This document shows positions 25,480 to 39,300 of a stretch of DNA of 64,000 nucleotides, in pieces. Under the pieces are notes generated by a model. The model made no database searches. It worked only from the letters and a program-made list of their open reading frames with translations, and was not told where the DNA came from. A program made the translations under genes and the position numbers. Location: the NCBI GenBank assembly GCA_013265495.1, contig MU061579.1:5516963-5580962 (forward strand), given 5' to 3'. This DNA comes from Vicugna vicugna (Eukaryota). Within the stretch, counting starts at the first letter, position 1, and every line of letters begins with the position of its first letter.

Positions 25480-25650
25480 TATAGGTAATATTGTGTGACC
25501 TTAGTCAAGTCAGTGTTTCCAAGTCTCAGTTCATTCCTCTGTCAGATAGAGGAAAGTGTCTGTTTCATAAGATACTGAACAGATTAAATGACGTAATACA
25601 TATGAAGCTCTCACAGTAATTCCTGGAACATAGTAAATATTTCACAAGAG
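25480..25650 (+). mobile_element. MIR SINE
   Basis: 'tgtgtgaccttagtcaagtca', 'gtctcagttcattcctctgt', 'gattaaatgacgtaatacatatgaagc', 'cctggaacatagtaa'. Confidence 0.8.
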
Positions 25651-28600
25651 TAATTAGTATCAAACACACACATACACACACCCTGCTCACACTCACCCAC
25701 TTATAATTAAGAATGTTTGAAGAGCAAAGAGGATATAAGAAAGGAAGAGACCCAAAAAATATAATTTTTTTAGAATTATGTTAAAATATCCTGGGCTTAA
25801 GCTATATGTTTACTCTTCTGTTCATTGTAAAATTATCATGATACAAAAACAATTTTTCCTAAACTTAATCTTAATTTAGTACTAATTGCACTTCCCTCAG
25901 GATTCAAGTTTTGAACAACTAGGAAAATGAGTGACTATTAGATTTTGCACGAGCAAAATTTTTAACGAGCGTTACACTGATAAAAATGGGAAAATGTTTT
26001 TAATATGCTACATTAATCCAGAAATCATCTTCCCAAAAAGTTGATAACATTTTTTAAAATTAAAGAGATCAATGTAAGGCATGGAGGGTAAAATCAGTAA
26101 CAGGAAAACATAAGTCTTGGAACATAGGCAGTTAAATCAGGTCATTAATTACAGTTTTGAAATATGCAAAGACTGAAATGTAAGAAATCTACTCAGTTAA
26201 ATCAAAGTATTTCTCTTAAAAGGAATAAATAAATAAAAACATATATAGAATAAATATACTAAAAACTTGTACCATTTTAATACTATCCTATTTCCCATAT
26301 ATCATGGCTATTATATTATCAAAACCCCTCAAGAAAGGAAAAAAATGTAATATTGCCATAGAAAATGTCAGAATTCTTCACTTATTTGGAAAAGAGTGAT
26401 GAAAGACTTTTGATAGGCCAGTTAATAAAACCAGATATTTACACAGTATCTCATTAACTATTCCTCCTTATGTTCCTCCTAGGTTTGGTAAAATTATTTC
26501 TATTATTGGATATGAAACTTCGAATTGTATACTAAGCTGACCCTCTTTACCCAAGTACAAATTAAGCTTTACTGCCTCCCCCCACTATTAAAGTTATTCT
26601 AGTACTTTTCTTAAACTTTTCTTAAACTTTTCTACATAAACCAAATCTGTATGACTTCTGTGTCTCCAAATGTAACAAGACTTTGTTGATATTATGTTAA
26701 ATGTCACATTAATAGTAACAGTATTAATCCACATTTTCAGTGTGACGTTTGCCATTCCAAAAAATTAACCATGACAGCTAATAATTGGAATTTCTTATTT
26801 TTGATTTAGTAATTGTCATGCTAAAATATCAGTAAAATGTCAGTAAGCATTGTACCTATCAAAATTTAATTTGAACTGAAACATATCACACATTATGCAG
26901 GTTGTCAGACCAGAGAATTTCTGAATTGGAACATGTAAAATATTTCCTTCAGTAAAGTTGATAACTTCAGAAAAAAATATATTGTTTTCCAACTAATACC
27001 TAAAAGAACATTTCCCAAGAGTGAGGCAAAAAGTTAATATTGAAGAGGTTATACTTAATGCAATTGATAGTAGAATTGGCCTTCAAAAATAAGAAAGATC
27101 AGCTTGTTTAGGATTTTTTTTTTAACATTTCCACTTTGTACTTTTTTATAATAGATTATTTTCTAAAGTAGTTTTAGGTTCATGGAATTAATTTCATTAT
27201 GATTGACACAGAAAAATGCCAGAATTACAAAACCAAGTCCAGAGTGAATATATAAAAATGTCAAGTTCATAGGTGACAAATGATCGTGTTTCTAAGTTGA
27301 GAAGTAAAAGAGGTTGCCTATAAAGTGATTTATAAAAACAATTCTAAGTAAACATAATATATTTCTGTATATATAGTCCATTTTATAAATGATTATTTTT
27401 TTCCCTTTCCCAAAACCTATTGATTTTTCTTGTAGACAATTTAGGTATTATATTAAGAAAAAGAGGAGGTATTAGTTTTTGTTGTTTCTAATGCATGGGA
27501 AAAAATACCAAATGACAGCTAAAATATATACATTTTCATCAACATTTAACAATTCACTATGGGACATATGAAATCCAACGAAAATGCTTTTATTGTTTAT
27601 TATGAATACTTCCTTGAGTATCAGGTAAATCTTTTAGCAAATGCCACTAGCATTTTTCAAGTGACATTTATAATCAAAATTATCTAATATTTATCTACCT
27701 GTGTTGTTTATTTAAAAAACTGAAAATTATAACATAGTTACTCTGTCACTATCTTTCTGTTTCTTAAGGTTGGAAATTCGTCACACTTCAGAAAACTGGA
27801 ATTTGACTTGTGACATATGAAAGTTGATTCTGAGAAACAATTATTAAAATATTTGCATAGCCATTTTATATATATTAGAATATGCTGGGCTTATTTTATG
27901 GTAGCACAGACACAATGAAGAAATAAAATGATGACATATTTATTCTGCAAACACCTTTTCTTTATTAATACTGACAACAATGTTATCATTGTCCAAGTTA
28001 TTTTTAGGGCATCTATTATGTAAAAGTTACTGTGTTCTTATTGGTTCTTCATAGAAACACATAAAACACTGGAAAACATGATGTGTGATAAAAAGGAAAT
28101 ATCTGAGGAAGTTGTTACATTACTCTTTAACTATTTGGAGGAGTTAGAATTAAAAATGAATAGGAATATCATAATTGAAATGGGCAGGGAGAGTAAAGAG
28201 AGAAGACAAAATACATGCATGGGAATGGAAAATCCTGGGTACATTCAGAACAAAAATGTGTTCCTCTTGGCTAGAACAGTGTTAGTCACTTTTATTTGTT
28301 TTTCTCTGCTCTATTTCTCCCAGCAACTTGATCCACTGATTTCTCCACCTGAAATCTCAGTCTAGTATTTTATCTAATCCTGACTGGGATAATCGAAATA
28401 TCAGCAACCACATCGGCTAATCCGATGGGGCTCAGAGTTTTTAGGCTTCGGTGTCAAATTTGGGAACTCAGTGACACAGTGACAGTCAGAGTTACTGTTT
28501 TTAAAGTTGCCCTTGACGCCAGTACGTTTACAGGCTCTTTTATAAGGGGCCACAACTCTAAAACCTTGTTGTACCAACCCTGCTGCCTTTTTTTGACTTT

Positions 28601-29264
28601 TGCAGTCTTTCTTAATGTTGGGCCAACCCCCTACTGCTACATTTCATTTATTATTTGCAATATATACTATATGCTCTATAATGAACATCGGACTATTGAT
28701 GGAGACATGTATCTCTTCTTGTCTTTCTCTCGGTGGGAGATGTGTTTCTTCCACTCACAAATAAAAGGGTTCTCTGTCCTCCTGACCTATGGATCCCCTA
28801 ACATTCTAATCCATTCACCTGAATGGTAATGTATTATTATGTAAAAGTTATTACGGTATTAAAAGTTATTATGAAGAGTAAGGGATTGTGTAAAAATTAT
28901 TCACTATGCCTGGGTGTCTGACATAAAGTCTTTCATAGGGAAATGATAGGAGGAATTTTCTCAATAAAATATTTCATTCATTTTTTGACTTTCCAAATAT
29001 GAGTAGCCTGTGGGATAAAAGAGCCAAGATTCTTTATAGGCAAGGAGATACGTAGACATGGGTCTTAGAATAGAATCTGGGCTGATTAGATGATTTTAGA
29101 AATCATTACCTTATAGTAGTGATAAAAGTCATGGAAGCACATTATGCCATAGAAGAGGTGGTCTGAGCTGAACTTCATCATGTGCATTTTGGTGTCATCA
29201 GCATAGTAAATCTTACTATGACAGTAATCTAAAATCTTACTGTCAGCCAGCGTTCTAAGGTTAC

Positions 29265-29340
29265 ATTGATTAACTATTTCTGCACAGCAAATCATCCCCA
29301 AACGTAGCGACTTAAGACAGCAGTCTTTTAGCACACCATT
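29265..29340 (-). mobile_element. MaLR (MLT1) LTR terminal fragment
   Basis: 'gcacagcaaatcatccccaaacgtagcgacttaagacagca', truncated by the adjacent L1. Confidence 0.5.
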
Positions 29341-29354
29341 CTTTTGACTTTTTT

Positions 29355-31320
29355 TTTTGGTCTGGATGATCTGTCCATTAATGTAAAGGGGGTGTTAAAA
29401 TCACCTACTATTATTGCTTCTGTCCATTTCTCCTTTTAGATCTGTTAATAATTGCTCTCTCTATTTTGGTGCTCCTATGTTATATGCATATACATTAATA
29501 ACATGTCTTCTTGGTGATTGTCCCATATATCATTATATAATGTCCATTGTTGCTTTTTACCTTTTTTGACTTGAAGTCTATATTATCAGATACGAATATG
29601 GCTACACCCACTTTTTTTTTTTTGGCAGCCACTTACTTGGAGCATCATCTTCCATCCCTTTACTTTCAGCTGATGTTTGTCTTTAGAGCTAATAGGAGTC
29701 TCTTGGTGGTAGCCTATTGTTGTGTCTTATTTTCTGATCCATCCAACCACCATGTGTGTTTTGATTTGTGAATTCAATCTATTTTTATCCAGAGTGATTA
29801 TTGGCAGATGAGCACTTAGTAATGCTACTTTATCTTTTGTTCTCTGAGTGTTCTATATCTCCAGTGTTTTTCTTCCATTTTAGCTTGGTGGCTTTCTAAG
29901 ATTTTCTGTTTCCTCTTTTTATAAGTTTTTCTGTGTCTCTGCTCTATATTTTGTGGTTACCATTAGGTTTGTATAAAATGTCATATATAAAATAGTCTTT
30001 TTTTTTCTGCCAATAGCTTCTGATTTTCATTTGCCTTTATGAGTTCCATCCTTTTCCTCTTCCCCTTAAATATGTTGTTGTCTTAAATTATCCCTTTTTA
30101 TGTTGTGACTTTGTTACCAAATTGAAGTAGCTATAGTTATTTTTACTGCTATTTTTACCTTTAACCTTTATGCTATAACTTTTTAACAACCTATCCTGAT
30201 GTAAAGTTGCTGTTTTCTGCCTAATTCTATTTATTACCTGACTCACAGTTTTCTGTAGTTTTGCCTTTTTGTTTCAGTTAGAAAAACTACTTTCAACATT
30301 TCTTGAAAGGCAGGTCTAGTTTCAATCAACTACTTCAGCTTTTGTTTGTCTGAAAAAGCTTTTATTTCTTCTTTATACCTCAAAGATAACTTTGCTGGAT
30401 AGAGTGATCTTGGCTGGCAGATTTTATCTTTCAGTGTTTTTAGTATGTCATTCCATCCTCCTCATCTCTCCTGCCCTGTAGAGTTTCTGCTGAGAAATCT
30501 TACATAAACTAATTGGGATTCCCTTTTAGGTTACCGTCTTCCCCCTGGCTCCTTTTAAATTTTTTTGGCATTGACTTTTGACAATTTTAATACAATGTGT
30601 CTTGGAGACAGTCTTTTTGCATTGAGATAATTATGTGTTCTCTTAGCTTCATGGACTTGTATATCCAGCTCCTTCTCCTTGAGATGTTCTCAGCTGTTAT
30701 TTCTTTAAACTCTCTGCTTCCTTCTCCCTCCCTTCTCTTGAGATACCCATTATCCTTATATTGCCCTTCCTGATGGAGTTGGCTGGTTCTTGGAGAATTA
30801 CTTCAGTTTTTATAAATCTTACTTCTCTCTCCACTTCTACCTGTATTATATATAGATTACTGTCTTTGAGCTTACTGGTTCTTTCTTCTGTATGGTCTGC
30901 TCTATTTCCAGTCCTTCCTAATGCTGCTTTTTGGTTACTATACTCACATGGGACTCATGAATGCAAAGTACCATCGGCTATCTGAACTAGGTGATCTGGA
31001 GACCCTCCTCAGGTGATAACCTTAAACTTGGACCATTTTGTGTAGTCCAAACCCTTCATTCCTCAGAGAGAAGCTGGGAGTTAGGTGTTTCCTCCCGATT
31101 ATGAGGCACTTTGCTGAGGAATGAGGTTTAAAGGAAGACTGTGTCTCAAAATTTCCTACCTATTTTGATGTGGGTATTTTCACAGTTACCAAATATGTAG
31201 GAATCACTTAACTAGTTTCTGAATTTATCTTAGAGGGAGTTGATCCATGTGTAGCTATATATTTGGTATGTGCTTAGGAAGAAGGAATGTCAGAAGCCTT
31301 CTCTGCCACCATCACAATCT
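29355..31320 (-). mobile_element. Degenerate L1 fragment covering the ORF2 N-terminal/ORF1 region and possibly 5' sequence
   Basis: Antisense L1 hallmarks: 'tctggatgatctgtccatt...ggtgttaaaatcacctactattattg', 'ttccatccctttactttcag', 'aaagataactttgctggatagagt..tcttggctggcag', 'gtttctgctgagaaatct'. Confidence 0.85.
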
Positions 31321-34300
31321 CAAGTTTTTTAGAAAACTCTTTTATTTGATTGAATCTATGAAGCACACCCATAAATACTTCAGAGGAAATTTGGGGTGTA
31401 TGTGACTAAACTTACTCTTAGATATCTTCAATATTTAGTGACATTAAACAGACATTTATTTATCATAGCTTATGAGAATTTAACGAAGGTTTTTAAAATC
31501 ATATACTTGGTTTGTCACTGTGTTTTACTGGCATTGCCAGTAAATTTATCTTTGCTCAGAAACAGTTTCTTAATTTTAACCTCATTTGACATCTGTAGAG
31601 GATGAGGATTTTTCAAATCATGAAGCCCTGGTTCTTTCATGTTTAAATTTCTCCTTTACTGTAACTCTTTCCTCTCACATTTTATTATAAGCAACAAGAA
31701 GAAATCAGTTGGCATTTTCAGCGTCCTGGCTGGAAATTACCTTAGCAAAATCATCCCGTGGTTTAGGTATTTATTTTCTACTTTCCACATTACTGCAGTG
31801 TTTTGCTGCTGTTGTTGTTTTGCCAAAACCATCACTTGGGACGTATGAAGAGAGGGTGGAAGTATTATTTGGACAGAAGTACCTCCACATGGAAAAACGA
31901 AGTAGGAGAAACGGAGGTTAGCACTAGCATTCCCCAGCTCTCCTTTCACACCCCCTCCCCCATTTTAACATACTGGGCTTAACCAGCAAACTCCTGCTTG
32001 CTAGAGGTACACCTTGTCCTGGCGGAGGAGAATTCAGGACAGACCAGCTCCTATGCCCACCTTTATGCGGCAGCACCAAAAACAGCATCCCCTGGACCAC
32101 GTGGATCCTTCCGAGCTGCTGTGGTTTGACTTGGAGCTCGAAAGGCCCTGAGGTGACTTTGAATATGATACCAATTTTTCCATCCCAAGATCTTGGAATA
32201 CTCCAGGATGGTAATTTACCACTATTCTGTTTCCCATACTACATTGTCATAAATAGCTATTTAAAGGTTATACAAGTAAAATCGTATCACAGCTATATTA
32301 TAATAATACTATGGTAGTAATATATAAATGCCCTGAACATAATCCTTTCAAATTACTAAATAACCAGTGAAATATCAAATTCAAAATATACTATTTACTT
32401 GACAATGTATGTAAATATTCCAATACTCAAATATCTAAATTAATGTCATAAGGAATTAAATTCCTTAAGTGACCTACACAATTGCTTATAATATCGCACT
32501 TCCAATGGCTCAAATGAAAGGTCCCTTCAATAAGCCAAATAACTGGGACCCGTGGCTGCAGTGGGAGGCGCAGCTGTGCAGTACTGCCTGTGAATGAGTG
32601 TGTGGATTTCATTACTAGATTACCGTGGTGGCAGCACATGTATTTCACACACCCAATCCAGCTTTTATCAGAAATAAAATGTTTTGTTCCACATCTAACT
32701 TATATTAACTGTTTCTCAGTTGGTTCTCAACATAAAAAAATGCCAGTATACGTGTGTGAATCACACTTTCCATATACAGTCGTGATAGGAATAAGCACTT
32801 GGGGAACTGAATCACTGTTATTTCTAGCTTTGTGAATGTGTTTGTCCGGAGGAGTCTATTCTTCTCTGAGTGCAGACACCAAGATGAAGTACACATTCCC
32901 TTAGAGGTTATTTATCACAGTGTCAAAGATCAACAAATAACCATCCTAATATTGCTCTTCTTAGATCCTGAAAATATTTTAAACTTAATGGAAGGAGGCA
33001 AGTCAGATTGTAGGAATTCAAAAACAGATTATACTTATCACTTAAAACCACTTATATGTTAGCAAATGAAATTTCTGTGGCTAAGCCCACCACAAAAGTT
33101 ACACCACTTATACAGTCTGCTGCTCCCATTTATAAAAGATTAGACAGAATAATAATGCATCAATTTCAAAAAACAGGATTACTCCTAAATGTATGGCTTC
33201 AATAAGGATGAGACATTAACCTCATTTAGAAGTAGATTAATTCATCCAAAGAGCATTTAGTAATTTTTATGAATAATTTACTCAGGCAGCTTTTAAAGTC
33301 ATTCATGACACAAGTTTGCCTCTCGTGTAATTTACCAGATGAATATATCTTAGGATTTTAAGCAAACATAACTTATTTTTATTAGTCAGAGACGGCGTAA
33401 AGTCATGCCATCTACTTACTTATGTGCAGGCTAATGAGTTTTATTCATTGAATAAGTAATCAATACTGCATATTCAATTTGGTTCAGCCTTTCTGGAGAA
33501 AATTAAGTAGTGCTGTTCGAATTATTTAGTCTTTTTCCTCTCAAAATCTCATTTTCTATAATAGAAAAGCTGTCCATGAGCATGATTTTCACAGTTGCCT
33601 ATGAGATTATCATCATGAATGATGTGGTGAAAGATTTAGATTGAGCCATAACTCAGAGATAATGTTTTTCTTTTATTTTGCAATTGATAACTTATACCTT
33701 GACTTTGGGGTGGGGGGGCTTAATGACCATTGTGTTAGTACTATACACGTGTCACTGTTATGCCCATTGACTTTTTTAATATATGAACTTACTAATAATT
33801 ATATCTTTCAACAAGGTAATCAATACTAGTTAAAGCAGTGTTAAAATTGACATTAATAGCTTTTTAAGAGATAGCATCTTTCTCATCTTATAATTAAAAT
33901 TGTAATGTAATCCCTATTTAATAAGCATATTAATTACTGCTTCTGTATTTATGGAATATTTATATTATTTTTCTCCCAAATCAACTGCGGAAACAATGTC
34001 TATAAATATCAATGCCCCCAAAGCCACATCTGTTAAAATTACAAGATGTTAAAAACAAAAGTCTCAGCTGGTCATGGAGATTTTTTTTATGTAGAAGGTA
34101 AAACTTAGTGCATATCCACCTGCCAATAATTGCACAGCACTTGCTTAGAATGCACTTGTTATTCATGTGCATTTTCCAATGCAATTTCAAATAACTTTCT
34201 AGCTCACATTATCTCCATACATCAAAATTTACTGTAGGTGCAGCGTATAGCCCACTGTGGAAGTTTAGAATAGAACACACACACTTAGAATTCTGGAGAC

Positions 34301-34994
34301 TGGTCTTCTTTTCCTGACACTGTCATAATAGCCTATTTGGTGCCTTTCTTTTACTTCCAAGAGAGATTTTTCTCATGAAGTGTAGAACTAATGGTGCAGG
34401 GAAGCTTAAGTCTTCACTTAAAGGCTCACAAATGCATTGAATCATAATCATTAAAATGACTATTCTAGTTTGTGTAAAGTAGTCTGTATTCACAGCATTT
34501 AGCAGAATCATTGTCTCAGAGAAGACACTAAAATACTGGTTAAATAAAATTTCATTTTAAAGTAGGCAAAAGGGAAGAGGAAAAGCATTAGGCATGTATT
34601 TCTGAAAGAGATATATTGGATTTTGGAGGATGTCTTCAAATATATATGGATTAATAGAATAGAGGTTAGAATATGCCTTTATAGATATAGAATACATAGC
34701 TAGGATTAATGAAAGGAAGCTACAGAGCCAGATTATAAATCAGTAGTAACGTGAATTCTTTACTTTAGTTGCCATAAACCACATGGGTAGCTGTGTTCCC
34801 TTATAATCAGAACGAAAAAACTAAGCAGCAAGGTGGCCATTAATTACAAATCTTACAGAAGTGATGCCTGAGCTGGCAGCAGTTATATGAGATTATTAAT
34901 CAGGTTCAATTTATTTCCTAGACTCTGATTTCACATTGCCTAATCTCTAAAGTAAAATGCTACCGAAAGACCACTATATTCGTGTGAGGCACTA

Positions 34995-35185
34995 ATGTGT
35001 CGTGAAAGAGAACTTAGATCCTGGAGCCCAGCTCCCTGGGTTCCAAAAGCAGCTCCACCACTTACTGAGTCTCACACTGGACAAATAAGTTGATATTTCT
35101 ATGCCTCAGTTTTCCCAAAAATTGAATGGGACCTATTTTTCTGAGAATCAGTGGTAATGCTCATAAAATATTTAGCACACACAAA
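34995..35185 (+). mobile_element. MIR SINE
   Basis: 'ctgggttccaaaagcagctccaccacttactg', 'tctatgcctcagttttccc'. Confidence 0.75.
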
Positions 35186-35419
35186 GTAGAAAATTTATGT
35201 TAATTATTAACATTAAATTCTACATAATATTTGTCTCATTATATCTTCAAATATCAGTTTTAGAATCCTAATTTTCAATTGAGCTCTGTTATTAAATATC
35301 CCACTAAATTTATAATCTCTCCACTTCCTTTATTGAAAACCTTCAAAAACAGATGTATAATCTTTTTCCTCGCCTCATTTTTTTCCTAAAATTAGAATTT
35401 AAACTTTAAATTTCCAATT

Positions 35420-35965
35420 AAGCATAACTTTATCTGCAAATTTTGATATGTTGAATTTTTATTTCTATTCAGTTCCACCTATTTTCTAAATTTCTTTATG
35501 AATTATTCTTTGATCTTTGAATTATTTAAAAGTATGTAGATTAGTTTTCAAATATTTGAATGGTTTCTAGTTTCCTTGTTTTTACTGACTTCTATTTTCA
35601 TTCCATTTTGGTCAAAAAACATACTCTCCACCATTTAATCCTGTGTAAATTTATCAAAATTTGCTTTATGGCTTAATATATGTTTTAAATTAACTTAAAA
35701 TCATGAATTTTCAAAAATGTATATATTAGTAGTCAATAGTAAAGCGGTCTTAACTATCAGTATATGTAGGATAACCAGTGTTTCTAGGATAGCTGATGGT
35801 TGTTTCATATCTTCAATGACTACTAATCTAGTTGTCCTATTATTTCCTTACAGAGGGGTATTACATTCTCCAATTATGAATGTGAAATTATAATTAGTCC
35901 ACGTAATTAGGCGTTACATACATTAGTTATATGTTCCTGATAAATTACCCACTTACCATTACAAA
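35420..35965 (-). mobile_element. Old L1 (L1M-type) fragment
   Basis: 'tttcattccattttggtcaaaaaacatactc', 'ttgctttatggcttaatatatg', 'gaggggtattacattctccaattatg'. Confidence 0.65.
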
Positions 35966-35979
35966 GGATACAACTTTAG

Positions 35980-36398
35980 TATGTAGCATAGAGTAAGGCA
36001 TGTGAAAAGGGATGTGGAGCTTCCGTGCCGCTCTGGGCATGCCATCCCGCACCCCAGCACCTTTATGTGTTCACCAACCCAGAAGCTCTCTGGACCCCTG
36101 TGGAGGCTTTATTATAAAAGTATGAATGATTAAATAATTGTCTGTTAGTGATTAATTCCACCTCCAGCCCCTGTCCCATCACCAGAGATCAGGGAGTGGG
36201 GCTGAAAATTTCAACCCTCTATCCAAACAAGTGTTTCCTCTAGCAGCCAGCTTCTATCTAAGGCTACCCAACAGCCCCCAGTGACCAGTCATCTCATTAG
36301 CATCCAGAAAGACACATTGCTTGAGAGATTCTAAGGGTTTTAGGAGTTGTGTGCAAGGAAACAGAGAAGGAGATGAAATATACATTTCGTATGTCACA
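35980..36398 (-). mobile_element. MER21-like LTR fragment
   Basis: 'gtgttcaccaacccagaagctctc', 'ggggctgaaaatttcaaccctcta', 'agtcatctcattagcat', 'agattctaagggttttaggag'; ends 'tcaca'. Confidence 0.8.
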
Positions 36399-39300
36399 AA
36401 GGGACTTCTGAAGACTCAGTTACAGTGCTAGATGGATGCCAATACCTTGCAGGGCTGTGGTAAGTAGAACAGAGGAGAATGAATGATCGTGTATAATCTT
36501 GTATAAGGGCTCTGCTGACTGGATCAGAAACAGGTATACACTCACATGCACACACACAAATGTTTGTTTTTCTCTAATGAAAGCGCTGGCATTCAAAAAC
36601 ATAATACAAACTCCATTTAGGGGTATGCATGGAACAGCAGATGTTGGGTTTTTCCCTGCTAAGTCCAAACCAGGCAAAATTTCAAGGCATTAGTTCTGTT
36701 GTGTTTGTTTTTGTTTTTGCTTCTCAATTATTTGCCACATTGTAGTATTTGATTAAGAAATCTCACATACATTGAATTTCAAACCATTCCAAGTTTGGGG
36801 ACAATATCTCTTCTACATTATATCTCCAAAATATAACACAATACCTAGCACATAGTAATGTTTCAAAATATATTTACTGCATACATAGTTGAATTTATCA
36901 ATATGTGGTATAGAAAGATGTCAGTGGATCAGCAGTGTTAGGAAGGCTGTATGGGGTCTAGAACTAGATTACGTGGTCTTTGATTGTCCTTCCTATCCCC
37001 AAGGTGTTTGAATCAATACATTAGAATTGATGTCTTTCTAGCATAACCTCAGTGATAACAAATTTATGGTTTTCTCAGATTCTCCTGGTAAGTAATTACC
37101 CAGGTGTTAGCAGTCATTCTTTATCCTAAGATGAGCAGTTCTTAAGAAATCAAGCATGTTGGGTCTCTCTTCTTCATGAATAGGAAATACCTGATGTAGT
37201 ACACCGAGCCTGGGGACAGCATTTAGAGAATCCTCCAGGAAAGCATTAACTTCTAGTTAAAAGAATGCCTAGGTATTTTATTAAGCAGCAGCTCATCAAT
37301 GATGAAATCACACTGAGAGATGTATAGGTATCCCTTGGGGCAACTGCTATGTGAAATGATGCATGCTAACCTTATTTGCTGAAATTCTAAAACAGTAACT
37401 ATAAATTTTATCATATCACAAGCACTGTACACCTGTCGCTGAAATGTGCAAGATTCCTCAGCATACCAACATATTCACTAATTGGGTAAAACATGCCACA
37501 TAAGTAAATATTAAATATGGAATTCACTTTCACTTAATTGTCTTAATGTCAAGTGTCCCAATTAAGTGGAGAATATGCAAGATTTCCATTATATAATTCC
37601 AGCTTTCGCTTATTAGTACATTGTTCATTTGAGATTTTTTTAAATTCTGGGCTGACTTTGAGACCTCGATCAAGTGCCTGAAATGTCCCCTTATTATTGA
37701 AATTCAAACCAAACCAGCTCTTATTTTCAGATCCACGTCTTTATTTTTCCTTAGTTCTTGTCTCCCAGCATTACAAATTACACGTGGGCTTTACTTAATA
37801 CCTACATTAGTCCAATAAAGTAGATTATCACCCCATTCTTTTTTATTATCATTTTATGAATTAACTGAAGAGCATCTGCCTGTGAAATAAACATTTCCTG
37901 TCTTAAGTCATTTTGGAAATATCATAGAATGTACTAAATTTAGAAATTCTGACCAAGTGAGCATTGCTACATACCAAATTTGGTAATCTAATTTGCAAAA
38001 TTTTGGCCTTTTCTCTCAGGCCTCATGCCAAAATATCTTAGTAGATGGAGCCATATTAATCACAAATAATGTCTTATAAATGATTTTGAGTTTCCCAATA
38101 CCTATTCTTTCTTTACCTTTTTATTCAGCTCTCCAAAAAATATCCATAATGTGTCTCAACATTTATATTTACCCTGCCAGGATACCTGAGGATTCTTTAC
38201 ATGACGGGTCTTATTTTGACAGTTTCTTAAAATTTATCTTTTATGCACCCATTGGCCATCATCAAAATTTCATGAAATCCAAATGTCAGAGTTGGCTGTG
38301 AATTTGTTTAGAGTAAGAATACAGAAAAAGTGATGTGGAACTGAAAAATATATTAGCACATGCTGTGTCTGAAGGAGAAGGCAAAAATTAAAGGAAAAAA
38401 TTCCCCTAGCTAAATACATCTGTGAGTTCAACTGATTATTGTTGAAAGGTAGGTCTGCAGGGTTCAAGGTATGTTGAATCCCTTCTCTAAGGTAGAGGTG
38501 GTATCTTTATTTTGTTATATGGGATACTTACTCTGTTCATCTCTTTGTCTTCTGCCAGAAATTGAGAAGTCCCTTCTCCTCACATTCCAGTATTACTTAC
38601 ATGGGAAATACAGAGCTATGCGTAGGTAAACAACTTTCTTAGAACTGTTAACACAAATATGCACAACTCGTATTCTGCCTGTTCACACGTAATAAACACA
38701 GGATAACTCACAGAGGTAGTGCAGGGATTAGAGTATTAAACCAATCAGTATTGTGAAAAGTCAAACATTTGTGTGAACCTGAGTTCCTTGGAAGGATGAA
38801 TTTTTATTTTAGAATAAGACAATGACAGAAACATTACTTACCTTTATCCTGTCCCTGGAACAAATCAGGAAAAATAATCAGTAAGAAAGTAGGATTCCCT
38901 TTGATGGGTTTTAGGTAAGATATTTAAATTATATGTAACATAGGTTGTACGTGTTCCATCTTTCAATAAAGTTCTGATAAGCAGAGCATGAAATACTGAT
39001 TTTAAAAGCAGATATTTTACTTTAGGAATACTAAGAAGTATATCAGTATTTCTGGATCTTACGTAGAGTCTATAACCATGCTACCTTAAACTGCTAAGTT
39101 TAACATCACTTTGGTTCTGTATACACTGTCCTCCACTGTCCCTCTTCTGTGCCTTCGCAACTCTCCCCTTCCCTCAGGCCCTTATTTCCCACACACAGAC
39201 GGACTTGGCTTCCTTAGGATCTCTTAGGTTAATCTCTTGCTTTAAGCCCTGGTAATCAAGTTTTATGTATTTATTTTGGAATTTTACAGGAATCACTGAC

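Noticed and set aside
32034..32317. Overlapping ORFs in a GC-richer patch as a coding exon
   Set aside because: No recognisable protein in any frame I translated and no convincing splice-site pair.
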